A stretch of 64,000 bases of DNA from Octopus vulgaris (taxonomy: Eukaryota): positions 1,550,001 through 1,614,000 of the forward strand of contig OX597826.1 in assembly GCA_951406725.2 (NCBI GenBank), given 5' to 3'. Of the stretch, positions 50,708 to 64,000 are shown piece after piece. Under the pieces are notes generated by a model that saw only the letters and a list, made by a program, of their open reading frames with translations, made no database searches and had not been told where the DNA came from. The position numbers and the translations under genes are program-made. The number at the start of each line of letters is the position of its first letter. Within the stretch, counting starts at the first letter, position 1.

Positions 50708-51600
50708 GGCAACAAACTGTGAAATCATGGCCATGGCTGAATGGTTAAGAAGTTCACTTGCCAACGATGTGGCTTTGGGTTCAGTTCCAATGCAGGACAC
50801 CTTAGGAAAATATATTCTGTTATATTTCCAAGCTGACCAATTCTTTGTGAATGAATTTGATGGGTAGGAACTGTGTCATTTATAATCATTTGTGAGTGAT
50901 TTGTGTGTCCTTGTATCTGTGTTTGTTCTCACAACGACCACTAGACAATAGGTGTTGCTTTGTTTACTTCCCCATAACTTAGTGGTTTGGCAAAGGAGAC
51001 CAAAAAAAAAAAAGTCTCAGACTGTAAAAAAAATGTAAGTACTGGGGTTGACTCAATTGACTGAAACCCTTCAGAGCAGTGCTCCAGCATGACCGTAGCC
51101 CAACGACTGTAACAAGTAACAGAAAGCTCAGTGTTTTAGCTTTTGCTCAGAATAATTAACTTCCAGAATCCATCAACGTTTCAAGACCTTTCCTGTCATC
51201 CAAAAGATTTATACTATGCAGATGTTGTTACCATTTCTATTGCAGTCAAGAATTAGAGGAAAGGTGCTTCATCCATTTCTCATTTATCTTTGCAAAATTT
51301 TGGATTTTTGGCCTCTTGATATTTGGTATCTTTCAGGAATACGGAAATAGCTGAGCTGTGGTGTCTGCTGTTTCCTTTGTTTGTTTCTATGTTTATTTGC
51401 TTGTTTTGGTTCCAAGTACGAACTGTCTGTGTTTTCAGTTTTGAATTATATATTTCTATAAATAAAGTTTCCATGTTCAACATTTTAATGTGTTCTATGG
51501 ATATCCATTATTATTTCAGAAAAATATACAATTTAGAAATCCAAATATATTCAACAAAATAAATATCTAAGTTAAAAACAAACTGCACATTAAGCTTTTT

Positions 51601-51647
<47 letters not shown>

Positions 51648-51759
51648 CTGTGTGTACATATATGTTTGTATATGTACATGGATATATGTGAGTGAATATA
51701 TATACATATTTATATATATATGTATGTATGTATGTATATATCATCACCGTTAACGTCAG

Positions 51760-51793
<34 letters not shown>

Positions 51794-52066
51794 GTCTCTC
51801 TCATTCTTCCTATTTATCTATATGCACGTGATTGTGTAAACATACATATATGTATGTGTGTGTATATATATATATATATATATACCTGTATCTCTCTCAA
51901 TCTCTCTATATATTTATCTGTGTGTGTGTGTGCATACATATGCATACACACACACACACCTAAATCTCTCTATACATTTATCTGAGTGTGTGTGTGTGTG
52001 TGATGTGTGTACAAGCCTTGAGAGTGGATTTGGTAAACAGAAACTGAAAGAAGGCTGTCATGTATA

Positions 52067-52097
<31 letters not shown>

Positions 52098-52364
52098 CTT
52101 TATATCTGCGTTTGCCCCCCCCCACACACACACACTGCTTGACAACCAGTCTCTCCCCCCCCCCCCACACACACTGCTTGACAACCAGTGCTGGTGTGTT
52201 TTATTTCCCCGTAACTTAGCAGTTTCATAGAATAAATACAAGGTTTAAAAGAAAGATAAATACCAAGGCCGATTCATTCGACTAAAATCCTTCAAGGTGG
52301 TGTGCCCCAGTATGGCCACAGTCTAATGACTGAAACAAATAACAGAGTAAAAGAGTAATGTACC

Positions 52365-52414
<50 letters not shown>

Positions 52415-52554
52415 GGATGTTTAATATTTTAATGTTTGTTTTTCTGTGTTTGCAGAGGTCAGACAAAAGTTTGTTGGGGAAGACTTTTCTATGGCCAGAT
52501 GTCCTTCCTGATGACCACCTCGACCAGTTTCCATGTGAAGTAATAATCTCCAGT

Positions 52555-52925
52555 TGTGTGGTAAGTAGCTTGCTTACCAACCACATGGTTCTGGGTTCAT
52601 TCCCACTGCGCAGCACCTTGGGCAAGTGTCTTCTACTATAGCCTCAGGCCAACCAAAGCCTTGTGAGCAAATTTGGTAGATGGAAACTGAAAGAAGCCCA
52701 TCGTATATATGTATATATATATGTTTGTGTGTGTGTGTTTATCCCCCCAACATTGCTTGACAACCAATGCTGGTGTGTTTACGTCCATGTAACTTAGTGG
52801 TTCGGCAAAAGAGACTGATAGAATAAGTACTAGGCTTCCAAAGAATAAGTCCTGGGGTCGATTTGCTCAACTAAAGGTGGTGCCCCAGCATGGCCGCAGT
52901 CCAATGACTGAAACGAGTAAAAGAG
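52555..52925 (+). mobile_element. SINE family A
   Basis: Near-consensus copy. Confidence 0.9.
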
Positions 52926-53160
52926 GGTCTTGCAGCCTTAATAACAATAACAATTTTATTTCTTATTTTCAGTTTTTTAATTTTTTTCTTCATTCCTTTT
53001 TCTTTCATTCCCTTTTTTTCTCTATCACATGGCTTCGTAAATGAACAATCTGGTGTTTATTTTAATGGCCTACCAATGTATACAGTTAGTTTCTTTGCCC
53101 TAGGTGTCGGGAAGACACTCAGCAAGAAACAAACAAAATGATGATGATTATAATAATAAC

Positions 53161-53197
<37 letters not shown>

Positions 53198-53689
53198 TGT
53201 CAGGATTGACGCATGAAGACGCATGCCAAAACTAACAATATAGATTTTTCATAAAATCTATCTTGTCAGTCTTGAAACACTGAAATGTTTCTAATTCGAT
53301 GGTAAAACATTTTTTTTATGGATTTAGAAATTTTTTTCAAAGAGAGTCACATGAAGAGATTAATCTTCATTTTTTTGTTTTTTTTTATGTTAAGAATCAA
53401 CAAATTAACTTATTTATTAATTAATCATTATTTCTGACGTTGGCATGAGGCCATGTTTTGTGGGTTGTGAGAGAAACCACCACCACCACAGTTACTGTTA
53501 CAAACACCACTACTACTACCACCACCACCACTCCTATTACTGTTAACCCTACCACCACCACTCCTCCATCATCATCATCATCATAGTCAACTCCACCAAT
53601 TGATGATCATCATTATCATTTTCATTACCACATGCGTTATTTTATTATCATTATTATTATTATTATCATCATCATCATATTATTATTAT

Positions 53690-54238
53690 TGAGTGAGAGA
53701 GCAGTGCATGCCATCAAAGTGACACTGGGTACAAATAAACGAAGCCCAGTAAACCCATCATGACTACCTGTCTGATAAGGGTACGTTAGGCACATGCATC
53801 ACAATCATATGTTCCCAATATGGTGATCTCATATCATGATAAACAGTGCAAGATCTTGCAGGTGGGGCTCATTTAGTATTTTCTTCAAGCTCTGTAGCCC
53901 ATCCCACTCAAAAGGTCCCTGAATAAAGGTTAAGGATGTTGAACAAAACTCCCAGGTTTCCAAAGATGGATTATTGAAATCCCAAAGAATTCCTCTCAAT
54001 ACATGGCTATGATGCTCCCCACCACTTCTGCTCATGATCAGAGATGCACATATCGTCAGCCACTAAGGGACATGCTAAACTGGTTAAGGTCAAACAACTG
54101 ACAAGCAAATCTGTGGTATTGAGTAGAATATTTGCTGTAGCCCATCTTTTATACCAAGACAAAACAATGTACATGATAACACTTCCAATCAGTTAAGATC
54201 AGAAGCCACAAGAGCCACTGCCTGGTACTGCATCAGGA
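53690..54238 (-). mobile_element. Second copy of the ~560-bp (AAT)n-tailed retroposon
   Basis: Reverse complement of 36546-37128. Confidence 0.75.
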
Positions 54239-54661
54239 TATTTCACCGAGCAGATTGCTTAGCAGTATTCTGCCAGTTGCTATGCTCTGAGCTCAAATTC
54301 TGCTGAGGTTGATTTTGCAAATCAGCCTTTTGGGGTTGATAAATTAAGTACCAGTGACACACTAGGGTCGATGTAATTGACACCCACCCCATCCAAAATT
54401 TCAGGCCGTGTGCCTTCAATAGAAAGAATTACTATTACTACTACTACTACTAAGGCAGTGAGCTGGCAGAATCATTAGCACAATGGACAAAATGCTGAGT
54501 GGCATTTCATCTTTGTTTTGAGTTCAAATTCTGCGCAGGTCAACTTTGCCTTTCTTTCATCCTTTCAGGGACAATGAATTAAATAACAGTTGAGGCCTGG
54601 GGGTTGATGCAATCAACTTGTCAACCCCTCTAAAATTCCAAGCCTTATGCCTATTGTAGAA

Positions 54662-55266
54662 ATTATTATTATTATTATTATTATAGACATCGTACAGTAT
54701 ATAATACCGTGAGGTTGTTGATTGAAGATATTGTGTCTACCGGGGGTTTGGACTGTTCCTCAAGTCATAACAAAGACCTCAGACAATACTTTATGCAATA
54801 TGCATGCAGTTCCAAGTAATGCCATCTTTTGCAATACATCTAGATTGTAGTTTTCAGATGTATTTTTCAAATTGGATGGTATTGAACCCAATGCTCCGAT
54901 GACAATACGGATGACCTTTATGCTTGACTCTCTTAGCAATTCTCTCTTAGCGATCTCACTTGTCAGGTCTCCATATTTATCAACCTTTTCTCTTTCTTTC
55001 GTGATGTAATGTTGATCTCCTGGCACTGCCACGTCACTTTGTCCCTCCTAATGCTTACTATGTCCAGCCTTCAGTGCTCTAATACCATGTGTCTGGAAGT
55101 CAAAATCCCAGAGGATTTTTGCCTTTCCATTTTCGTCCATTACCTTTTCTGGTGTATGTTGGTACCAAGAATCCGTAACTGCATGTCCATACTTACAGCA
55201 TAGTAGCCAGTGGAGGTCTGGGGTTACCTTGTTGTGTCTATGCTTGTACTCTTTCTGCACAAGCAC
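54662..55266 (-). mobile_element. R4/Dong-type LINE 3' remnant (restriction-like endonuclease domain)
   Basis: EYKHRHNKV...HWLLC, KILWDFDFQT, AVPGD...EKVDKYGDL, IVIGALGSIP and LQKMALLGTACIL. The (AAT)n tail coincides with 54662-54683. Confidence 0.85.
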
Positions 55267-56197
55267 TAACTATTACTATTAGCATTAGTATTACTATTAG
55301 CATTAGTATTCTGGCCAAAATGCTGATCAGCACTTCTCTGTCTTTTCTTTCTGAGTTCAACTTCTGCTAAGGTTAAACTTTGCCTTCCATAGGTACCAGA
55401 TGAGAAGTGAGCTGGCAGAATCGTTAGCGTGCTGGGCATAATGCTTAGCAGTGTTTTGTCCGTCTCTATGTTCTGAGTGGTTGATAGATTAAGTACCAGT
55501 GAAACACTGGGGTCGATGTAATTGACTAGTCCCCTTCCCCAAAATTTCAGGCCTTGTGCCTTTAGTAGAAAGGATCATTATTATTATTATCATCATTATT
55601 ATTATTGTCACTATTAAGGCAGCAAGCTGGCAGAATTGTTAGCAAGCTGAGCGAAATGCTTAGAGGTATTTCATTTGTCTTAACATTCTGAGTTCAAACT
55701 CAGCCGAGGCCAACTTTACCTTTCATCCTTTTGGGTTCGCTAAAATACTAGTTGAATACTGGAGTTGATGTAATTGATTTGCCTTCTCCCCCAAAATTGC
55801 TGGTGTTGTGCCAAAATTTGAAATCATCATTATTATTATTAGTAGTAGCAGCAGCAGCAGCAGCAGTTGTAGGGAAGTGGGTTGGCAGGACCGTTCGAGT
55901 GGCCAGTAATATTTCTTGGAGTATTTGTTCTGGTTCTTTACTTTCCAAAGTTACCTTTCATCCTTCCAGGGTCAGTAACAATGCCCTCCCTCAGTCAAGT
56001 GCTGGGATGGGTTGATTGTGTCTGCTGCCTGCAAAATTCTGGCTTCGTGCCGATGTTAGGTATTTATTTATGATCAAAGTAACATCCTGGACAAATTGAG
56101 TTGTGATGTTCATAGTTATACTACTTTATATTCTGACGTTAAATATCACAGCCACAAACTTTGGATTTTAGCTTGCCAGGACAAAGAAAATAATAAT

Positions 56198-57789
56198 GGC
56201 CTCGATAAATGTGCAAAAGCTACCTTTATCAAAGGAAAAATGACAGAAACATAAAAGAATTAGACCCAGCGGAGAGCTACAAGTACCTAGGGGTAATTGA
56301 AGGGGACGGAATACGGCATTCAGTGATGAAGGAAAGGATCAGGAGAGAATGTTATCGCAAGTTAAGCGCAATACTCAAGACAGAGCTGAATGCGAGAAAC
56401 AGGATCGAAGTAATCAATGCTTTAGCCATACCAGTCGTGACTTACAGTTTCAATATCGTTAACTGGTCAATTACTGAAATATGTAATCTCGACAGAAAAA
56501 TACGAAAACTGTTGACAATGCATAGAATGCACCACCCTAAGGCAGATACAGAACGACTTTATCTGCCAAGAAAAGAGGGAGGCCGTGGACTTTTACAACT
56601 GGCAATAACAATGAAGAATGCAAAAACTCTGAGGATTGGATGTTAAAACTTGTCTCAAAACATGAAAACAAGAAAGCATCATACTCAGTAACAAAACAGG
56701 CAAAGGAATATCTAAGTGAATTCCGAATACAACAAATTTTGGAATTAGACATACAAGAAACAAGCACAGAAAAAGTTAAGCGCATGAAAACCCGTGCTAA
56801 AGCTGCGGCCTTAGATATTCTGAATGATAAATGGCAAGAAAAACCTCTCTATGGCAAATACCCAAAGAGAGCGAATAATGCAGATGTTGACAAAGCCCTG
56901 ATCCATCAATGGCTAATGGCCTCTGGCTTAAAATCTGAAACAGAAGGGTTTATCATAGCAGCTCAAGATCAATGCCTACCAACAAGAAACTACCAGGCCA
57001 ACATATTAAAGAATAGCAGTAGCCCAACATGTCGTGTATGTCAACAACAAAATGAAACCATTGATCGTGTTGTCTCCAAGTGCAGTCTTCTAGCGCCTAC
57101 AGAGTATCTCAACAGGCATGATAGAGCTGCACAATATATTCACTGGGTAATTTGCAAAAACATGGATTTGCCCCATGAAAAAAACTGGTGGGAACACAAT
57201 CCACCTCCAGTGCTTGAAAATGATCACATCTCACTCCTCTGGAACTTCACCATTCAAGCTGACAGAAAGATAGATGCAAATAGGCCAGACATCATATTGA
57301 AAGACTTCAGACAAAGAACATGCCTCCTCATTGATATGACTGTCCCAATCAATATAAACGTATCTGTCAAGACCTACCAAAAACTGAGCAAATATAAAGA
57401 TCTTGAAATAGAAATCAGCAAAATGTGGAACCTGAAGACTAAAACAATACCTGTTGTCATAGGTGCCCTGGGAATGATAGCAAAAGGGGCTGATTGCTAC
57501 CTAACTCAGATACCAGGAAACCCCAAAATGGCAGAAATTCAAAAGATAGTGCTCATGGGAACTGCTCATATCCTACGCAAAATACTCTCTATGTAATCTC
57601 AAGGTTTAAAACAAATTTAAAAAAAAAAATTTATTTATTAGACATTCACTAGTACAACACCAAAAATAACCCCAAATATATGGCACACTAGGCATAACAA
57701 CAACATGAACTTCCAACCTGTTGTCTCTTGAGGTCTCTGGGTGAGACTTGGAGCCAACTTATACAAATATAAAGCAAAAGTCAAACATA

Positions 57790-57820
<31 letters not shown>
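56198..57820 (+). mobile_element. 5'-truncated R4/Dong-clade non-LTR retrotransposon (RT C-terminus, zinc knuckle, restriction-like endonuclease)
   Basis: GLDKCAK, YKYLG, RLYLPRKEGGRGL, CRVC...ETIDRVVSKC (the CCHC His is Arg here), RHD, RPDII...IDMTVP...K..KY and IGALG. Two frameshifts near 56245 and 56625; (AAT)n tail. Confidence 0.93.
56640..57596 (+). pseudogene. Open 318-aa stretch of the R4/Dong ORF (zinc knuckle + PD-(D/E)XK nuclease)
   Basis: ORF track and the motifs above; the RT catalytic core is absent. Confidence 0.9.
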
Positions 57821-57821
<1 letters not shown>

Positions 57822-57831
57822 TAAAATGTAT

Positions 57832-58190
57832 ACTCTTTTATTCTTTTATTTGTTTCAGTCATTTGACTGTAGCCATGCTGGAGCACTGCTTTTATTCAAA
57901 CGAATCGACCCCAGGACTTATTGTTTGTAAATCTAGGACTTATTCTATCGGTCCCTTGTGCCAAACAGCTAAGTTACGGGGACAAACACACCAACCTTGG
58001 TTGTCAAGCAATGGTGGGGGGACAAACACACAAACATATACACATATATACTACAGGCTTCTTTCAGTTTCCGTCTACCAAATCCACTCACAAGGCTTTG
58101 GTTGGCCTGAGGCTATAGTAGAGGGCACTTGCTCAAGGTGCCACGCAGTGGTATTGAACCCAGAATCATGTGTTTGGGAAGCAAATTGAG
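57832..58190 (-). mobile_element. SINE family A
   Basis: Reverse-complement match. Confidence 0.85.
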
Positions 58191-58562
58191 CCCGGAACAT
58201 TCTTGGGGAGGGGACTAGTTGATTACATCAAACCCCATTATTTGACTGGTGCTTAATTTATTGACCCTGAAAGGATGAAAAGCAAAGTTGACCTCAGCAG
58301 AATTTGAAATCGGAATGTAAAGGTGGATGAAATACCTATTTCTTTACTGCCAACAAGGGGCTAAATATAGAGGGGACAAACAAGGACAGACAAACGGATT
58401 AAGTCGATTATATCGACCCCAGCACATAACTGATACTTAATTTATCGACCCCGAAAGGATGAAAGGCAAAGTCGACTTCAGCGGAATTTGAACTCAGAAC
58501 GTAACGGCAGACGAAATACCGCTAAGCATTTCGCCCAGCGTTCTAACGCTTCTGCCAGCTCA
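58190..58562 (-). mobile_element. Two nested or adjacent family B SINEs
   Basis: Two GAAAGGATGAAARGCAAAGTYGACYTCAGC domains; GAAATACC recurs at the junctions. Confidence 0.8.
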
Positions 58563-60399
58563 CAAAACAGGCTTCTTACCACTCGGCTACACCTGCACCT
58601 TTATCTAATTGTAAACAATAAAAATTTTAACCAATTCTGTGATCTTGTTTTCTCATAGACGTGGATAAACGTAAACAAATGTCTTAAATTTCTTTGAGCA
58701 ATTTCTTTTTCTATTCACAGAAAGCTAGGAAAACATTTATTTATATTTGTCTATATGTACCAGATTACACATTGTAGTGATGGTTAAAGTTCTGTATTGT
58801 TTACAGTAATGTATTGAGTGTGAATTTCACTGAAGTCAATTTGGTGCTTTATCATTCCATCAAATATTAAAAAGGGTCGAGTGCAGAGACCTTAGATCTT
58901 AGGATCACTTTAGAATGCTTAGTAATTGTATCTCTATGCTCTAGGTTTGGTTCCTGTCATAATAAATATTCCTCTGTTTGATATCAATAAAATAAGTTAC
59001 CAGCAACATAGTTACAGGTGAAGGGCATGGCAAGAAGCTCACTTCCCAACCACATGTTTCGTCTACTGTAGCCTCAGGCCAACCAAAGCCTTCTGAGTGG
59101 ATTTGGTAGATGGAAACTGAAAGAAGCCCATCGTATGTATATATAGATGTGTGTGTGAGTGTGTGTGTCCCCCAACACCACTTGACAACCAGTGTTGGTG
59201 TGTTCCAGTAACTTAACGGTTTGGCAGAAGAGGCTGATAGAATAAGTGTCAGGCTTAGAAAAAGAATTAAGTACTGGCTTAGATTCATTTGACCAAAATT
59301 TCTCCAAGGTGGTGCCCCAGCATGGCCACAATCTAATGACTAAAACAAGTAAAAGAATAAAAGATTATTATAGCCAAGAGAGAAAACATTGTTAAGTTCT
59401 TTTATTTGTTTCAGTAATTTGACTGTGGCCATGCTGGGGCACCGTCTTTAGTCAAGCAAATTAACCCCGGGACTTATTCTTTGTAAGCCTAGTACTTATT
59501 CTATCAGTATCTTTTGCTGAACAGCTAAGTTATGGGGGATGTAAACACACCAGCATCAGTTGTCAAGCAATGTGTGTGTGTGTGTGGGGGGGGCAAACAC
59601 AGAGACACACATATAGCAATGGTTCTCAACGAAGGTTCATATGGCCGTTGGGGGTCCATATAAGATTTTATTAAAATTTATGTGCAATAAATTGGTTCTA
59701 ATTCTAAATACACAAATTATTAAAATTTTTTTAATAAAATTCCTAATAATATTTTATTATAAAAATATAAAATTTCTAACTCTTTAGTATTTAAACAGGC
59801 TGTATCCAGCTCAAATACTCAAGATTTGGCCTCTCACACCTATCCTACCAAGCCATTCTAATAATAATCAATCATATCATTGAAATCTCAAAGCTATGAG
59901 ACACTGCATGATTAATTTAAGACAATGTGAATCAATAAACATTATATTTGACAAAATAATGCAATTGACTAAAGAGGTAAGCATCAAATGACTATGGTAA
60001 GGAAGCAGGTGCACAGTGGAATAAAACAGGAATCAAAGGAGTCCATAAGTTAAAAAAGGGGTTAAGGAACACTCGCCCATACCCATAAAAGTGCCTTGTT
60101 CTCTCTCTGCCATTTCTACCACTATAATAGTAACCTCTTTCTCAATGCTGTGGGTTTTTTTACCCCCAGTGGTCTTACACCTAAATTTTGGCCTTATACC
60201 TAAATTTGAAACCAATATGTGTGTGTGAGTGTGAGTGTGTGAGTGTGAGTGTGTGAGTGTATGAGTGTGAGTGTATGAGTGTGAGTGTGTGAGTGTGAGT
60301 GTGTGAGTGAGTGTGAGTGAGTGTGAGTGAGTGAGTGATTTAAAAAAAAATTACTCATTAGTTTGTTTTGCTGCATGTCATCAATATCGCACACAACTG

Positions 60400-60432
<33 letters not shown>

Positions 60433-60440
60433 TTCTCAAG

Positions 60441-60504
60441 GTTACATCCAGAAGTAGGTCAAAAACCTCAATTTATCATTATGATCAGCGTTCCATGTCA
60501 ACTG
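60441..60504 (+). CDS. Probable internal coding exon (VTSRSRSKTSIYHYDQRSMST), unidentified gene
   Basis: (CT)n-ctttctcaag|GTTACA...ACTG|gtaagt: strong acceptor, perfect donor, 64 nt of unique sequence, open in phase 0. Confidence 0.6.
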
Positions 60505-61394
60505 GTAAGTTATTTCAAATACACATCATTGTAGTAGTAGTGGTGGTGGTGGTGGTAGTAGTAGTAGTAGTAATTGAACCGTGAATAGCAAAATAAGCTG
60601 TTGAGAGTTGGACAACTGACATCCTTCTAGAGTAGATAAAGTATCAGTCAAGTACCAAGATCATTATAATCAACTGGTGTTTCTCTAATCCTACCACAAG
60701 ATAAAAGAAAAAAGAAAAAACCAGGTCATGGTGCTGATGTTATGTTAAAAGCACCTAGTACACTCTATGGAGTGGTTGGCATTAGGAAGGGCATCCAGCT
60801 GTAGAAACCAAGCCAAAACAGACAATGGAACCTGATGTGAACCCTGGCCTTACCAACTCCACTCAAACTGTCCAACCCATGCCAGCATGGAAAATGGACA
60901 TCAAATGATGATGATGATGATGATGTTCCTATGATGACTGTAAAGACCCAGATAAAATACTGCTAAGCATTTATCTGACATATTGAGTTTCTCAGCTTGC
61001 TGCCCTAATAATAATAATAATAATAATCCTTTCCATTATAGGCACAAGGCCTCGATTTTGTAGGGAGCAGGATAGTTGATCACATCACTCCCAGTTCTCA
61101 ACTGGTACCTAATTTATCAACCCCTGAAAGGATGAAAGGTAAAGTCAGCCTCAGCAGAATTTGAACTCATTACATAAGGACAGGCAAAATACCACTAAAC
61201 ATGTTGCCCAGAATGTTGGTTTACATTTGAGTTCAAACCTAGCAATGTCTGACTTTACGTTTCATCTCCATGGGGTCAATAGAATAAGCATCGTTTGTGA
61301 TCTGAATTTCATTTAATCAACTCCTTAACTAATGCTCAAAAATAGACTTTTATAGTGGAATTCATTATTATTATTATTATTATGATTTTTAATA

Positions 61395-62117
61395 AGGTAA
61401 TGAGCTGGCAGAACTGTTAGCATGCCAGTCAAAATGCTGAGTGGCATTTCATCCATCTCTATGTCCTGAGTTCAAATTCTGCTGAGGTCAACTTAACCTT
61501 TTCTCCTTTCAGGGTTGATAATATAAGTATCAATTGAACAGATTAATCAACCATCCCTGCACTCCTCTAATTTCTGGCCTTGTACCTATAGCAGAAACGA
61601 TTATTATTATTATTATTATTATTGTGACGTAAGGTAGCAAGCTTGCAGAACTGTTAGCATGCCAGTCAAAATGCTGAGTGGCATTTCATCTGTCTTTACA
61701 ATCTGAGTTCAAGTCCTGCTGAGGTGGCATTTGCTTTTCGTCCTCCTGGGGTCGATAAAATGAGTCCCAGCTGAGCACTGGAGTTAATGGAATCAACTTA
61801 ACCCCTCCCCCAAACTTGCTGGCCTTGTGTCAAAGTCTAAAACCATTATCATCATCATCATCATTATTATTATTATTCAGGTGGCAAGCTGGCAGAATCA
61901 TTAGCACACTGGACAAAATGATTGCAATATTTCACCCATTTTAACATTCTGAGTTCAAGTTCCACCAAGGTTGACTTTGCCTTTCATCCTTTCAGAGTCG
62001 ATAAATTAAAGTACCAGTGAAACACTGGGGTCGATGTAATCGACTAGGCCCCCACCTCCAAAATTCAGGCCTTGTGCCTATAATAGAAAGGATTATCATC
62101 ATCATCATCATCATCAT
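61395..62117 (+). mobile_element. Head-to-tail chain of three family B SINEs, each with an (ATT/ATC)n tail
   Basis: Units start at ~61395, ~61631 and ~61880. Similar chains lie at ~54260-54680 and ~55410-55840. Confidence 0.85.
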
Positions 62118-62455
62118 CTTTTACATTTGCAGGGACAGTAAAGAACTATAAAATCAATATTCAATAATTTTCTGCTAAATTTTGAGTTGGATTCCAATGA
62201 ATATTTATAGAGTCTTTTACTCTTTTACTTGTTTCAGTCATTTGACTGTGGCCATGCTGGAGCACTACCTTTAGTCAAACTAATTGACCCCCAGGGCTTA
62301 TTCTTTGTAAGCCTAGTACTTATTCTATTGGTCTCTTTTGCCGAACTGCTAAGTTACGGGGATGTAAACACACCAACATCGGTTGTCAAGCAATGGTATA
62401 AGGGACAAACACAGACACACACACATACATACACACACACATACACACATATATA

Positions 62456-62640
62456 TCTCTTATATAAAATCCGTTGTCTGTCTGTCTGTGCGTGTGTCTT
62501 CTAGGATCTCGGGCATCCTCCATCTGATTGCACTCAAATTTGATATGTAGATACTGACAGTATCAGGGCATGTAGAAGTCTTGAAAACATTATAAAAATC
62601 GATTCCAGGTGAGAATGTGATCGATTAAGTGAATAAAATC
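62456..62640 (+). mobile_element. Helitron-like 5' fragment
   Basis: TC start then TCTTATATAAAA-TCCGTT-(GTCT)n...CTGATTGCACTCAAATTTG, resembling non-autonomous animal Helitron 5' ends. No 3' CTRR end was identified. Confidence 0.5.
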
Positions 62641-62834
62641 GTTTTTCTTTGGAATAGAAAAAAAGTCTATCTCTATTTCTTCTTTTGCTGGTACCTCAAA
62701 TTTAGTTTAAACCAGTGTTTCTCAAAGGGGAGGCCTATGGGACGGTCAGACCAGTAGTTTGGAGAAAATTTGATTTAAATGTTTGACAACTCAACACCGT
62801 CCATTGGACAGGTGGCATTTTGCTTGTGTGTATG

Positions 62835-62878
<44 letters not shown>

Positions 62879-62882
62879 TATG

Positions 62883-62936
<54 letters not shown>

Positions 62937-63485
62937 CAATGGGTTTCTTTCAGTTTCTGTTTACTAAATCCACTCAGAAGACTTTAGTTGGCCTGAGGAT
63001 AGAGTAGAAGACACTTACCCAAGGTGCCATGCAGTGGGACTGAACCCAGAACCATGTGGTTGGGAAGCAAGCTTCTTACCACACAGTCACTCCTCTGCTT
63101 ATATACTTTACTAAAATACAGAGATAATCAAGTAAGTCTGTCTCAAACCCCTCCTCACACTCACTTCTATAAACATAGTTTATCATAAAAATAATGTTCA
63201 CAAAGGTATTTTCACAACCATTAATAATACGTAACCCCACACACACACACACGCACACACACGCACACACGCACACACATCCATACTGTATGCATATGTA
63301 TGTAAGTGTGTTTGTGTGGGTGCGATATATCTGTTGGTTCTGCTACTTAAAAAACAGGTCTATAAAAACCACTTAACTGATAAACTCTGCAACCGTTGTG
63401 TGAGAAAATCTCTCTTAATTTTGTTTTGTAATTCAGTTTATAATTACCTCAGGTATTTCCTTGGGATCATCTTTAGCAGGAACCT

Positions 63486-63544
<59 letters not shown>

Positions 63545-63764
63545 TCATCATTGTTGTTCTCATGTTTGCTTTTCAATAGTTGCATAGGGCATACACACAT
63601 ACATGTAGGCGCAAGCATGGCCATGAAGTTAAGTATGCTTCCTAACCGCATGAATAAGAGTTCAATCTCATTGCACAGCACCTTGGGCAAGTGTCTTCAA
63701 ATGTAGCACCTGTCCAACCAAAGCCTTGTGAGTGGATTTGGTTGATGGAAACTGAGAGAAGCCC

Positions 63765-63804
<40 letters not shown>

Positions 63805-64000
63805 CAGGGTGGTCCAAAAGTAGGTTTGCAGTTATTCAACTCTCTCCCACATTCAGATATTAATAGTTTAGATCTTAATCATCATTTAACGTCTGCTTTC
63901 CATGCTGGCATGGGTTGGATGGTTGGACTGAGGACTGGTGAGCCAGAGGTTGCACCAAGCTTAATATTATGATCTGGCAAACTTTCTACAGCTGGATGCC

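Noticed and set aside
51335-51470. Terminal exon tttcag|GAATACGGAAATAGCTGA with downstream AATAAA
   Set aside because: These signals are common in AT-rich DNA and have no independent support.
56640-57596. Host nuclease gene or autonomous retrotransposon
   Set aside because: It is a 5'-truncated, frameshifted R4/Dong copy lacking the RT core.

Overview
AT-rich animal genomic DNA, most likely Octopus, judged from its SINE families, RTE/Dong-R4/CR1 remnants and very high microsatellite density. The species assignment is inference. Most of the window is intronic or intergenic repeat: at least four tRNA-derived SINE families, RTE 3' ends, two R4/Dong-type RT-restriction-endonuclease LINE 3' ends, a CR1 3' end, two decayed mariner transposases, and piggyBac-like, hAT-like and Helitron-like non-autonomous elements. 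No complete host gene is visible. Candidate small exons suggest a plus-strand gene starting near 38 kb and possibly a minus-strand gene to its left. The main observation is seven loci from six unrelated sequence families that carry minimal type-I hammerhead ribozyme motifs of the Penelope-like-element type. Four of them are fold-back palindromes with the ribozyme pointing away from the symmetry centre, and two interrupt (TA)n tracts. One is a head-to-head dimer of a tRNA-like head joined to a hammerhead tail. Almost all short ORFs in the supplied track are microsatellite or SINE artefacts. Coordinates were read by eye; repeat boundaries are approximate.
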